DNA of 64,000 nt, taken from Escherichia phage vB_EcoM_G50. The position numbers and the translations under genes were made by a program. The DNA lies in sequence record NC_054917.1. One strand, 5' to 3'. The notes under the pieces are model-generated. The model saw only the letters and a program-made list of their open reading frames with translations. It made no database searches and was not told the origin of the DNA. Below, piece after piece: positions 19,701 through 29,212 of the stretch (positions within the stretch are counted from its first letter, which is position 1; the number at the start of each line of letters is the position of its first letter).

Positions 19701-19730
19701 ATAGTATCTCAATTTCCAACAAAAGTAAAC
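19701..19730 (-). promoter_or_regulatory. T4-type early promoter
   Basis: Minus strand GTTTAC-18-TACTAT. Confidence 0.5.
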
Positions 19731-19732
19731 AG

Positions 19733-19990
19733 CTATTTTAAAACTTTTGCATAATCACATGTTACAAACTGTTTCTCTAGCTTGACGATTTTACGAAAGT
19801 ATCTTTTGCATTGGCGAATCTGCCGCTTCGTAGGGCGAACAGCAAACTTAATAAATTCCACTCGACCAAATGGAGGGCTTTCTTCTGCTGGAATATCTAA
19901 CACCAATTCCCACGTATCTGCAATAAGTGCTTTGAATTGCGTATTTTTCCTGACGTTATACGGAGTAGGTTTAAATAAAACAATATGCAT
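19733..19990 (-). CDS. basic small protein (61.4 position)
   Basis: ORF from internal ATG just after dmd stop; Lys/Arg-rich. Confidence 0.45.
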   Translation of the reverse strand: MHIVLFKPTPYNVRKNTQFKALIADTWELVLDIPAEESPPFGRVEFIKFAVRPTKRQIRQCKRYFRKIVKLEKQFVTCDYAKVLK

Positions 19991-19991
19991 A

Positions 19992-20174
19992 TTATCCTCG
20001 GCAATCCACTTCACATACTTTCTTGTCATCAACGAAAGCTTTAACTAATGCTTTATTAACTTCAGCATACTGAGTAGTAGCCCATTGAACGTCATCTTTC
20101 ATCATTGTGGTTTCTTTAGTAAACATGCTTTCATTCTTAAACCACCCCATAAAAACTACCTTTACCAATTCCAT
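19992..20174 (-). CDS. dmd: Dmd (antitoxin against host RnlA/LsoA), 60 aa
   Basis: 60-aa ORF immediately downstream of gene 41, as in T4. Confidence 0.7.
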   Translation of the reverse strand: MELVKVVFMGWFKNESMFTKETTMMKDDVQWATTQYAEVNKALVKAFVDDKKVCEVDCRG

Positions 20175-20203
20175 AACAATCTCCTCATTTAACCAACAAG
20201 ACT

Positions 20204-20233
20204 ACTATACCATAGTCTTGTCAGCTTGTAAAC
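20204..20233 (-). promoter_or_regulatory. early promoter with -10 inside a perfect 8-bp inverted repeat
   Basis: GTTTAC-18-TATAGT; CAAGACTA-8 nt-TAGTCTTG spans the -10. Confidence 0.5.
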
Positions 20234-21660
20234 TAAAATTTTAATTCATTTGCCAAAGCATCTAACTGAGCTCGAGCTGATTCGTTTCTTTGATAGCGAT
20301 TCTGTTCAGCCTGAATCTGTTGTGAACCTGCTACTTCACTCACTTCAGTTGGAGTAGAATCTTGTTCAATTTCTACCCATTTCTGATTTCCTTTTTGAAC
20401 ACCCATCAAAAACTTATTCCATTTATTCTTATCACCATATCGTGATTTGATTTGCTTAATGAGTTGTTGTTCAGCAGCTGCTAACTCCTCGGTTTCAATG
20501 ACCGCAAGCATAAAATCAGCTGTCGCTGGAAGACCAGCAGATTCTGCGATATCACTCATGTTAACATCGGAAGAGTCCCAAGCTTGTTTACCAACCTGTG
20601 CTGCAGTCCAAAGAACAGTTTCGGTTTCAACAGCCAGAGCACGCAATTCCTCTGCAATAGCTTTAACAGTTGTGTAACTATTTTCTGAATAAACTCTGAT
20701 GCGGCAAGATTTACAAATACCTAGATAGTCGACAATAATGATTGTTGGAACAAAATTCTTCTTGAGCTTCAATTCATTCAAGAGAGACCTGAATGTGTTA
20801 GCGTCTGCTCCACCAGTAGGATACTGTTTAACGATTAAACGACCAAGGGTAGATTTCTCACGCCATTTTTCCATTTTTCCTTTATATTCAGCGTAAGAAA
20901 TATGCCCATCATCAATGTCATCAAGAGAAACATCAAGCATGTTAGCGTCAATACGCTTAGCACAGACTTCTTCTGCCATTTCCATGGAAATGTAAAGAAC
21001 ATTATGTCCGAGCTGCAAATAATCTGCTGCCAATGAACACAATCCTAATGACTTACCAACGTTAACGCCAGCCATTAAAACGTTCAGTGTTCCAGTCTCA
21101 GCTCCGCCTTTAGTAATTTTGTTCAGAATTCTGAGTTTAAATGGAACCTTACGAGCTTTATTCATATAAGATAGCCAACGTGCTTCGTAGTCATCCATCC
21201 AATCATGACCAACGTAGCTATCAAATGAAATTGATAATGCTTGACGCATGATGTCAGGAATAGCACCTACATCTGGCATTTTCTTATTTCGTTTTTCCGG
21301 AGGAAGCTCAGCATTAGTTTGAATTTCGATTATTTTAGACGTAGCATTAAACATCGCCCTTTGCTGAACATATTTTTCTGTTTCTTTTACTAACCAGCTG
21401 TGGTCTTCCGGAGAATCAGCCAGTTTTGAAATAAGTGTTTTTACACCAGAATATTCTGTTTCAGTAAATGAACTATTTTCTAATGCAACATTTAACGCAT
21501 TAATAGATGGAACGCTATGATACTCATTGACATGAGATTTAATTAATTTGAATGTATTTTTAGCTGGACCACTTTCAAAATATTCTGAATCCATATATGG
21601 CCAAACTTTTGAAAAATAAGCTTGATCAAATATGAGATGAGAAAGAATAATTTCTACCAC
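20233..21660 (-). CDS. 41: replicative DNA helicase gp41 (DnaB-like)
   Basis: 475 aa, Walker A GVNVGKS; matches T4 gp41. Confidence 0.92.
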   Translation of the reverse strand: MVEIILSHLIFDQAYFSKVWPYMDSEYFESGPAKNTFKLIKSHVNEYHSVPSINALNVALENSSFTETEYSGVKTLISKLADSPEDHSWLVKETEKYVQQRAMFNATSKIIEIQTNAELPPEKRNKKMPDVGAIPDIMRQALSISFDSYVGHDWMDDYEARWLSYMNKARKVPFKLRILNKITKGGAETGTLNVLMAGVNVGKSLGLCSLAADYLQLGHNVLYISMEMAEEVCAKRIDANMLDVSLDDIDDGHISYAEYKGKMEKWREKSTLGRLIVKQYPTGGADANTFRSLLNELKLKKNFVPTIIIVDYLGICKSCRIRVYSENSYTTVKAIAEELRALAVETETVLWTAAQVGKQAWDSSDVNMSDIAESAGLPATADFMLAVIETEELAAAEQQLIKQIKSRYGDKNKWNKFLMGVQKGNQKWVEIEQDSTPTEVSEVAGSQQIQAEQNRYQRNESARAQLDALANELKF

Positions 21661-21669
21661 ACTTACTCC

Positions 21670-22014
21670 TTAAAAGAATTTAAATTTTTTCTTTGACCTT
21701 TTATTAAATGCATCTTGTAGTTGCATTGTAATACATTTTTCTACATGAGGAGCTAACTCAGCTTTTCTTTCTTGGTCAAGAACAGCAAAGTCCATTACAA
21801 CCTTTCCATCAACCCAATCTAATTTTGTCACATACACAATGTGTGTAGAACCATCTTCTAGTTTAATGACAATCTCCTGGATAACATTTTCCATGGCAGA
21901 TTTAATTATCTTAAGAGATTCATTAAAAAGACGTTCTTTTCTTTCTTCTTCCCCCTCCGAAGAGGGGGATTCGTCGATAATTTCTAGATCTAAGTCTAAA
22001 TCATCTTTATTCAT
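21670..22014 (-). CDS. 40: gp40-like head assembly protein
   Basis: Position between uvsX and 41; start taken as ATG just after uvsX stop. Confidence 0.5.
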   Translation of the reverse strand: MNKDDLDLDLEIIDESPSSEGEEERKERLFNESLKIIKSAMENVIQEIVIKLEDGSTHIVYVTKLDWVDGKVVMDFAVLDQERKAELAPHVEKCITMQLQDAFNKRSKKKFKFF

Positions 22015-23188
22015 TAAATTCTTCCATATCACTTAACTGCTCGAGGTCAGTTTCTAAATCAGCAGCTGATTTACTTTTACTTTCTGGAGATTTAAATTTT
22101 TCAACCTTTGAGTTAATCAATTCATCAACTTCAGCTTCAACAATTTCATTACTATCAATAGCACCTAACTGATAAGCACGTTTAATAGCATCTCGGAATG
22201 GTTGATGCTTAAATAAAGGACCCCAGAATGTAGTGCAGTTGGTATCTTTTGCACGCCAAGATTTTTCTTCGCGAATCATCTCGCCGGTTTCTTCGTCAAG
22301 AAATTCACGAGCATACCAGCCATTTTTAGGTTTTACCACGAATCCTAATTCTAGAGCCATATCTAACAATCCAGAATAAGGATCGATACCACCGTCAAAT
22401 TTAACATCAATAAAGAATTTACTTTTTTCTTTAACGGTACGAGATTTTTCTACATTTAGAACAAATTGATACCCCTGAAGATCAGAACCATCTTTAATCT
22501 GACGCTTACCGATAATGAATACAGTATCAGCCGAATACATTACGCCTGTACCACCTGTCATCACGGTTTTACTAAACATTTCAATTGTTTCAATTGTATG
22601 GTTAACCGCAACACATGGAATATTTTTAATGCTAAAGTAAGGAGTAACAATACGGAATAATGACTTCAGTGATTTAGCACGAGTCATATCTGCCACAGAT
22701 TTTTCATTCAAGGCATCTTCCGTTTCTTTCTTAGAAGCCATATTACCGATTGAGTCGATGAATACAATAACCTTTTCACCACGCTCAATAGCTTCAAGCT
22801 GGTTCACCATATCAATTTTCAGTTGTTCAACTGACTGAATCGGCGTATGAATTACTCGTTCCGGGTCAACTCCCATGGATCGCAAATAAGCTGGAGTAAT
22901 ACCAAATTCGCTATCATAGAATAGACAAACCGCGTCAGGATATTTGTTCAAATACGCCGCAACCATAGTCAAAGACATATTTGATTTAAAGTGTTTAGAA
23001 GGCCCTGCGAAAATAGTTAAACCAGACTGCATACCACCATCAATCGCACCAGAAATAGCAATATTAAGCATTGGAATTTTTGTACGAATTACATCCTTTT
23101 CATTAAAGAATTTAGATGTAGTCAGTTCAGCAGTCATTTTAGAAGTGGAAGCTTTAATCAAACGGGATTTTAAATCTGCAATAGACAT
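22007..23188 (-). CDS. uvsX: UvsX recombinase (RecA-like)
   Basis: 393 aa; C-terminal half identical to T4 UvsX as recalled, N-terminal half slightly diverged. Confidence 0.92.
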   Translation of the reverse strand: MSIADLKSRLIKASTSKMTAELTTSKFFNEKDVIRTKIPMLNIAISGAIDGGMQSGLTIFAGPSKHFKSNMSLTMVAAYLNKYPDAVCLFYDSEFGITPAYLRSMGVDPERVIHTPIQSVEQLKIDMVNQLEAIERGEKVIVFIDSIGNMASKKETEDALNEKSVADMTRAKSLKSLFRIVTPYFSIKNIPCVAVNHTIETIEMFSKTVMTGGTGVMYSADTVFIIGKRQIKDGSDLQGYQFVLNVEKSRTVKEKSKFFIDVKFDGGIDPYSGLLDMALELGFVVKPKNGWYAREFLDEETGEMIREEKSWRAKDTNCTTFWGPLFKHQPFRDAIKRAYQLGAIDSNEIVEAEVDELINSKVEKFKSPESKSKSAADLETDLEQLSDMEEFNE

Positions 23189-23265
23189 TCATTTTTTCCA
23201 TAGGCATCATTATATTTTCCTCACTGGTTAAAGATAGAGTAATTATAACACAATAAATTTAGGCA

Positions 23266-24114
23266 TTAATCAACTGCTATTGGATGAATAGCATTAAACT
23301 TATGAAATGCTTCTGATTTTTCTTTACGAGAAACACACATGCGAAGAACCTTTAATGGCTCGTCTTCTTCACCCAACGATTTTCGTTTTTCAATATTAGA
23401 AGTTTTCCAACGAGCTTGCTCTGGAAACTCTCTATTGATTTGCTCAAGCGCTCTATTATGTTTAGAATTACTACGAATTGAACTGCACCCGCCGGGAGCG
23501 TGTGATTTTCCAGATACAACTAGATATTTGAACAAGGCCAAATGCGGATAACCTTGATTAATTAAATTGAGAAATGCATACATATCTTCACATAAATCAA
23601 TTTTTCCATACCCAATTTGTTCTGTCGTAAGTTTTCCGAGGTCATACCATGTATTCGTGAATCCATATGAGTTTTCACGATAATTACCCCAAGATGAAGT
23701 AATTTTAAAAATTGGTAGACGAGCATGACCGTGATAATACCCGCAATCCATAGCATCCTCAACGTATTGAATTAATTCATAGAACTGTTCACGAGTTAAT
23801 TGATTAATTTTATCTACGCGCCGTTTATCGTCTCTCTTTCGTATTGAACTCATACGAATAGTAGTATCATCATCAATCATCCAGATTCGTTGACCTGCAT
23901 ACATATCAGTAATTGCTTTACGAGTACCGGCAATTCCATTAACATCATCAGGAATAGTTACAATTTTAGCTCTAGACCCATAAGCATCATAATAAGCTTT
24001 TTCTTCGTGTTCACGCACTACAATATGTGGTTCATAATCAGTCGGAAACATATCAAGGGCAGAAACTGCCCCTACGCGTTGATAGCTTGGAATTACGAAT
24101 TGAATCATTTCCAC
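23266..24114 (-). CDS. GT-A-fold glycosyltransferase, candidate DNA hmC-glucose modifying enzyme
   Basis: 282 aa with DXD-type motif (WMIDDDTT); sits between uvsX and gene 42, where T4 carries beta-gt. Confidence 0.55.
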   Translation of the reverse strand: MEMIQFVIPSYQRVGAVSALDMFPTDYEPHIVVREHEEKAYYDAYGSRAKIVTIPDDVNGIAGTRKAITDMYAGQRIWMIDDDTTIRMSSIRKRDDKRRVDKINQLTREQFYELIQYVEDAMDCGYYHGHARLPIFKITSSWGNYRENSYGFTNTWYDLGKLTTEQIGYGKIDLCEDMYAFLNLINQGYPHLALFKYLVVSGKSHAPGGCSSIRSNSKHNRALEQINREFPEQARWKTSNIEKRKSLGEEDEPLKVLRMCVSRKEKSEAFHKFNAIHPIAVD

Positions 24115-24845
24115 TCACCGTTATAATCTTTTTTCACAATATGAGTTTCGCCAGTATTCCACCAATGATCAACCAAGTAAAAATGACGAGAATATACATG
24201 AAGACTTCCAACATTCCATATAATAGAACCTGCTTTATACTGACGAGTTGAATCGCCTGCATTCAAATCAGATACTAATTTATCTAATACGTATTTTTGC
24301 CATGCATAATCATTACGGAATCCGAAGACCACGTCATTTGAGCGCATGCTTACTACTGCATTGACTTTCTTATCACGAATCAGGTACTGTACTGTATTCG
24401 TACACATGAAATCTGACATACCATCTTTATTGTAGTCAAATTGCATGGATGGACGAGTATAAATCATGATACCACGTCGAGAATCAGGATTTTGACCAAG
24501 TTCAGCTAAACACATATCATACTGAGCATAGTTATCTTCTGACCAGATAGCCCAACCATAATTCGAGTTAATTTCGCCTTTAGAAGATGCTACCTGCTGC
24601 CAAATCTTCGGTGTTTCACCTGGAATATCTTTAACGAACAAGCTCTTAGATTTATACCATTCAAGTTCACGCTGAATGTATTCATCATTAAGAGCGCCAA
24701 AAATAAACGGTTCATCTGCTACAAATGATGCGCCAATAATTTCAATAGTTTTAACGCCAGTTTTATCAACTACGAAATCTTTTTCCTTTAATGCAAGCCC
24801 CAAATGAAGACGGATTTCTTCAACTGTCATAAAGTCACTAATCAT
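24105..24845 (-). CDS. 42: dCMP hydroxymethylase gp42
   Basis: 246 aa, thymidylate-synthase-like fold; matches T4 gp42. Confidence 0.9.
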   Translation of the reverse strand: MISDFMTVEEIRLHLGLALKEKDFVVDKTGVKTIEIIGASFVADEPFIFGALNDEYIQRELEWYKSKSLFVKDIPGETPKIWQQVASSKGEINSNYGWAIWSEDNYAQYDMCLAELGQNPDSRRGIMIYTRPSMQFDYNKDGMSDFMCTNTVQYLIRDKKVNAVVSMRSNDVVFGFRNDYAWQKYVLDKLVSDLNAGDSTRQYKAGSIIWNVGSLHVYSRHFYLVDHWWNTGETHIVKKDYNGEWK

Positions 24846-24998
24846 TTAAACCTCAATTGATACATTCATATTTAATTTGTAACAGTAATAAACTCCAACC
24901 TAAAATAATAGTTGGAATCATAAGAGGAACCGTTACACTATAGTATATACTTATTATAACCATCAAGATTAAAAGCAACACTGCTATAATTTTGCTTT

Positions 24999-25250
24999 TC
25001 ATTCCTTCTCTCTGATGATAATTACCTGATTTGGCTGCGCAGACTTTTTAGTTTCACCTACAATTGACCAAATAAATGTAATAAACCAACCAATAATTGA
25101 CCAGTTAAACAGTAAAGATGTGAAAAAGATTCCTACTGTCGATTTTGACCCACGCATCAAGGCGATGAACCACGGAAGCATGTATATAATAATAGCCAAC
25201 ACGCCTGAAACTAAAACCATAAAAATTGAACCTGCTACTAAAGTTTCCAT
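24999..25250 (-). CDS. imm: Imm superinfection immunity membrane protein
   Basis: 83 aa, two hydrophobic segments; size and position match T4 imm. Confidence 0.7.
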   Translation of the reverse strand: METLVAGSIFMVLVSGVLAIIIYMLPWFIALMRGSKSTVGIFFTSLLFNWSIIGWFITFIWSIVGETKKSAQPNQVIIIREKE

Positions 25251-25257
25251 GTTTTCC

Positions 25258-25638
25258 TCACTTAGTCAAATTTTTTACGCATGAATTATAAGAATTTACT
25301 ACATACTCCATCGGAGCATTTTTACCGGTACGCCATTGGTAATTATTAGCCCAATTTGCCCAAAGTTCTGCACAGTAATTTTCAATTTTTTCTTCGCGTG
25401 TAATTACATCCGAATTACGATATGCTTGAGCAGATTCATCTGGACGAATAGCTTCGTCAAAATTCGCCTGCATTTGTTCTACTGTCTCTTTTGGAGCTTC
25501 TTTATAACACTTGACATTAGGATTATAAAACTTGCTTGAACAGTTTACAATTTTTCCTACATCAGACTGATTTACTACCGGTCCTTGAGCTACACAACCA
25601 GTAAGACCTAATGCAATAACCAAAATAGCGATTTTCAT
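25258..25638 (-). CDS. lipoprotein (imm.1 position)
   Basis: Start at ATG with GGAG SD; lipobox MKIAILVIALGLTGC. Confidence 0.5.
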   Translation of the reverse strand: MKIAILVIALGLTGCVAQGPVVNQSDVGKIVNCSSKFYNPNVKCYKEAPKETVEQMQANFDEAIRPDESAQAYRNSDVITREEKIENYCAELWANWANNYQWRTGKNAPMEYVVNSYNSCVKNLTK

Positions 25639-25672
25639 TTCATTCTCCAAATCTGTATTGGTTGATAGTTGT

Positions 25673-25702
25673 ATAGTACCACAGAGGAACAGTCTTGTAA
25701 AC
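25673..25702 (-). promoter_or_regulatory. T4-type early promoter (repeat copy A)
   Basis: GTTTAC-18-TACTAT; about 41 nt nearly identical to 50859-50899. Confidence 0.55.
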
Positions 25703-25784
25703 CGTTTTGTGAAAAATTTTTAATGAATTCAAAGGACCCAGAATCATCTATTTTTCCTAAGTATAGATTTATATTACTTGTATG

Positions 25785-25806
25785 AAAAAGGGACCCGGAG
25801 GTCCCT
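25785..25806 (-). terminator. rho-independent terminator after gene 43
   Basis: GGGACC-UCCG-GGUCCC hairpin plus U5. Confidence 0.6.
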
Positions 25807-25818
25807 AGATTTATTCTA

Positions 25819-28515
25819 TCAGCCAAACAGGAAGTCTAACGAAGCTTTTTCCTCATAGTCCATACCTGCCGATTCACACATACCCGCAAGCGGTTTAACA
25901 AACGATTTTTGGAACAAAGTTGAGTAGTCAATCCAAGACAGTACGTCAGAACGAATTTCTTTTGGAAGTTCTGTACCCGACGGCCAAGCAATGCATTTGT
26001 CACCAAATGGATTTCCTTCACGTAATGGAAGAACCATTACTTTATTTCCATCCAAAATTGGAGCTACACCTAAACCGCTAACAGCTCGACGATAAGTTAG
26101 CACACCACGAATATGGAACGGACATTTAAATCCTGGCCAACCTTTATCATCATATTTCGCTATATCGTTCGCAGTTTTTACTTCAGCAATAACTTTATAG
26201 TCAAGTTGACGATATTCTTTCTCGAAGTTCTTGTAATATTCTTGGACAGACTCTTCGCCTTCTTGAAGAATACGACGAATACTTTCTTCGAGAGCTTCTT
26301 GGACCGCTTTAGGCGTTGAACTCTGCTGAGTTTCCATACCCATGATTTTTAGATGCGGTTCAGCAAATCGCTTATCTTCCATATCATAAACGTTCAGAGC
26401 ATAACGCTTTTTCGCTTTCCAAAATCCACCAACGCCCTTTGAACCAAGCGGAGGACAAGAAATAGCTTCACGATCCATATGCATCAGATGCTCGCGGTTA
26501 TTCATATAATCACATAACTCACGATATGCAACATCAATCATAGGTTCCATCTTTTTCTTACCAAACTGATTCATGAATTCAACTAAATCATTTTGTTCTT
26601 TAAAGCGGTCAAGACCTACTTTTTCAATAACTTTATCTACACAGACATATACCGAATCAGTATCACCTGCTGCGATGAAATCTTCACCATCAGTTCCACA
26701 TACTTTATTCAGATATTCATTAATTTTACGAGCAATCCACTGAATACCAACTTGACCAAAAATTGTGATAGCAGTAGCATTTCGCAAATCATAATAGCGG
26801 AAATGAATGTTACCAAGAGCACCATAAAGACTGTTAATAAGAATTTTACGGTTCAGCTGATTTGTGTTAGCAAGTGTAGCTGCTTTTTCACATTCTTCGA
26901 TCAGACTATTAAGAACAGATTCGGTGTAATTTGATAGTTCATTTAAGAAATCATCACTGAACTTAACATATCGTTCAACTTCCGGTTTAGTTGAACAAGA
27001 CCCTGCGCCTTTCATAATAATCTTTTTAATAGCTTCGGCATTCATTTCTTCAGCGAACATTTTCTTTTTCCAATCTTTACGCTGGAAAAATACTTTAGCG
27101 ATTTCCTTTGGAATGATACCTTCTTGGTGCTTATCATACATCCATCCATTCGGAGAACAAGAATATTCATCACTTGGCTTAGGAGCTGTTCCTGCGATGT
27201 ATTCATGAATTGGATGAACTTTAAACTGCCCACGAATAGTCTCAGGACTAATGTTAACCTGACGAATAATGCTAGGATACAGAGACGTCAAGTCAAAACT
27301 CATAATGTATCGACGAGCAATCGGTTTAGGTTCAAACACAAATGCACCTGGAAAACTCTGTTTAACGTGCGAACCTTGTTGAGGAATAACCTTATGTTCA
27401 CCTTTCAGTGAGTTAAAAATAATAGCATCCCAAGTTTTAATAGGACTCATTACACCAGAAAAAGGCATTTTAGCGTAATAAGACATACTTAAAACTAGAT
27501 CGATAAACCCGCGAATTTTATCAATTGCTTGAACTGATTCTACGTCAATGATGTTATAACTAATGTATCGTTGATGATTAGTCTCACGAAGTTTATTAAT
27601 AGGACCATCGTACGGCAATTTACCTTTTTTGGTTTCGTGTTGAGCAACTGATTCCAAAGAGAACGATGGCAAATTAGTAAATGCGAATTTCTTGTACAAA
27701 TCTAAATAATCAAGAATAGATACGCCATCAATAGAATAAATTTCTTTGCTACCGTACATATTTTGAATTAGTTTAGATTTTACTCGACCGATTGGAGAGA
27801 AGCGTTTCATACTACGTTCACCGAGAACCATTTTAACGCGATTCATGATATACGGAACGTCAAATCCCTCAATATTCCAACCGGTAAAAATAGCAGGTCG
27901 TTTCTGTTCCCAGAGATTAATATATTCCATGAGCATATCACGCTCATTATCAAATGGCATATAAATTACTCGGTCAAGAATTTCTTGAGGAACTTCATCA
28001 CCACCTTCACAGTCAAGCTTAGCAGCTAACTTTGCATCCCATTTTGATACTGAACCGTACATTGAATTCAAAAGGTCGAAAACATAAAAACGATCGTCAA
28101 TTGAATCGTAATGAGTGATAGCATCAATTTCATATTCAGCTTTCATTGGGTCAGGAAATTTATCACCAGTAACCTCAATGTCACAGTTAGCTACACGAAC
28201 AAATTTTCGGTCATAAACAATTTCTGAACCGTATGTATCACTGATATAAGCGAGTTTAAAATCGTTCATACCGAGAGCTTCGAGACCGATGTCTTCCATT
28301 CGTTTCATCCAATCTCGAGCATCTTTCATTGATGGAAATTTTTGAGGAGCGCAGTTTTTACCATAGATGTCTTTGTACTTTGACTCTTCCTTACAATGCC
28401 TAAACATAGTTGGAAGATATTCTACTTCACGAGTACGTTCCTTTCCATTTTCATCAATATAACGTTCAACAATATTATTTCCGACTGTTTCAATAGAGAT
28501 ATAAAATTCTTTCAT
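25819..28515 (-). CDS. 43: DNA polymerase gp43 (family B)
   Basis: 898 aa with exonuclease and polymerase motifs; matches T4 gp43. Confidence 0.95.
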   Translation of the reverse strand: MKEFYISIETVGNNIVERYIDENGKERTREVEYLPTMFRHCKEESKYKDIYGKNCAPQKFPSMKDARDWMKRMEDIGLEALGMNDFKLAYISDTYGSEIVYDRKFVRVANCDIEVTGDKFPDPMKAEYEIDAITHYDSIDDRFYVFDLLNSMYGSVSKWDAKLAAKLDCEGGDEVPQEILDRVIYMPFDNERDMLMEYINLWEQKRPAIFTGWNIEGFDVPYIMNRVKMVLGERSMKRFSPIGRVKSKLIQNMYGSKEIYSIDGVSILDYLDLYKKFAFTNLPSFSLESVAQHETKKGKLPYDGPINKLRETNHQRYISYNIIDVESVQAIDKIRGFIDLVLSMSYYAKMPFSGVMSPIKTWDAIIFNSLKGEHKVIPQQGSHVKQSFPGAFVFEPKPIARRYIMSFDLTSLYPSIIRQVNISPETIRGQFKVHPIHEYIAGTAPKPSDEYSCSPNGWMYDKHQEGIIPKEIAKVFFQRKDWKKKMFAEEMNAEAIKKIIMKGAGSCSTKPEVERYVKFSDDFLNELSNYTESVLNSLIEECEKAATLANTNQLNRKILINSLYGALGNIHFRYYDLRNATAITIFGQVGIQWIARKINEYLNKVCGTDGEDFIAAGDTDSVYVCVDKVIEKVGLDRFKEQNDLVEFMNQFGKKKMEPMIDVAYRELCDYMNNREHLMHMDREAISCPPLGSKGVGGFWKAKKRYALNVYDMEDKRFAEPHLKIMGMETQQSSTPKAVQEALEESIRRILQEGEESVQEYYKNFEKEYRQLDYKVIAEVKTANDIAKYDDKGWPGFKCPFHIRGVLTYRRAVSGLGVAPILDGNKVMVLPLREGNPFGDKCIAWPSGTELPKEIRSDVLSWIDYSTLFQKSFVKPLAGMCESAGMDYEEKASLDFLFG

Positions 28516-28552
28516 AGATATTCCTTAGTTTATAGCCCGAGTTATTAGGCTC
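28516..28552 (-). promoter_or_regulatory. gene 43 translational operator hairpin
   Basis: Minus strand GAGCCUAAUAACUCGGGCUAUAAACUAAGGAAUAUCUAUG directly upstream of the 43 start codon, as in T4. Confidence 0.65.
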
Positions 28553-28574
28553 TTGATATATTATACTCCAAATA

Positions 28575-28590
28575 AGGGGCCGAAGCCCCT
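28575..28590 (-). terminator. C(UUCG)G hairpin
   Basis: AGGGGC-UUCG-GCCCCU on minus transcript, followed by UAUUUGG. Confidence 0.5.
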
Positions 28591-28595
28591 TTGCT

Positions 28596-28832
28596 TTAAA
28601 TTTCTATTGTACGACGCGATATAACGGACTTGCCATCTGTATTTGTGGTTTTGATAATCGCATGAAATGCGCGTTGGCGTGGGTAAACTAATCGTTGGAA
28701 TTCTTTTTGGAATTCTATTTGTTTATCTTCCGGGAGGTCAAAAACCAGTTGGGTAGAAGACAGACCATATGTTTGTTTTAGATTTTCGAATATTAGAAAA
28801 GCTTCGGTAAACTGAATCTCTGATTGTGTCAT
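28596..28832 (-). CDS. hypothetical small protein between regA and the gene 43 operator
   Basis: 78 codons from ATG (MTQSEIQFTEAFL...); ends just before the UUCG hairpin. Confidence 0.4.
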   Translation of the reverse strand: MTQSEIQFTEAFLIFENLKQTYGLSSTQLVFDLPEDKQIEFQKEFQRLVYPRQRAFHAIIKTTNTDGKSVISRRTIEI

Positions 28833-28842
28833 ATAATTTACC

Positions 28843-29211
28843 TTAATTACCAATCGTATATTTAGGAACGAGTTTCCATTCATGTTTTTGTTTAAAAGAA
28901 ATAACTCGGAAGTTATTAGTTAAATCTTTCATAAAAGTTCTTTGACCAGGAACGATTTCAATCAGTCCCCAATCTTCTAATAGCCATGCAATCGAATCAC
29001 GACGAACTTCATCTTCTTCTGTCATTTCAACTTGACGGCCATCCATACGAAGCATTTCTTTAAAATGAACGATATAGTATAGTCCTTTTTTCTGAAGAAT
29101 ATGACAGGACTGATACAGAACTTTATCTTTATTATTAGCAATTCCCATACGAGTCAAAGTTTCTTTTACTTTCAGAAAATCTTCAGGTTTTTTAAGAGTA
29201 ATTTCAATCAT
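28843..29211 (-). CDS. regA: translational repressor RegA
   Basis: 122 aa; matches T4 RegA. Confidence 0.85.
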   Translation of the reverse strand: MIEITLKKPEDFLKVKETLTRMGIANNKDKVLYQSCHILQKKGLYYIVHFKEMLRMDGRQVEMTEEDEVRRDSIAWLLEDWGLIEIVPGQRTFMKDLTNNFRVISFKQKHEWKLVPKYTIGN

Positions 29212-29212
29212 T

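Noticed and set aside
25836-26021. 61-aa minus-strand ORF inside gene 43
   Set aside because: Alternative frame within DNA polymerase; no independent start signal
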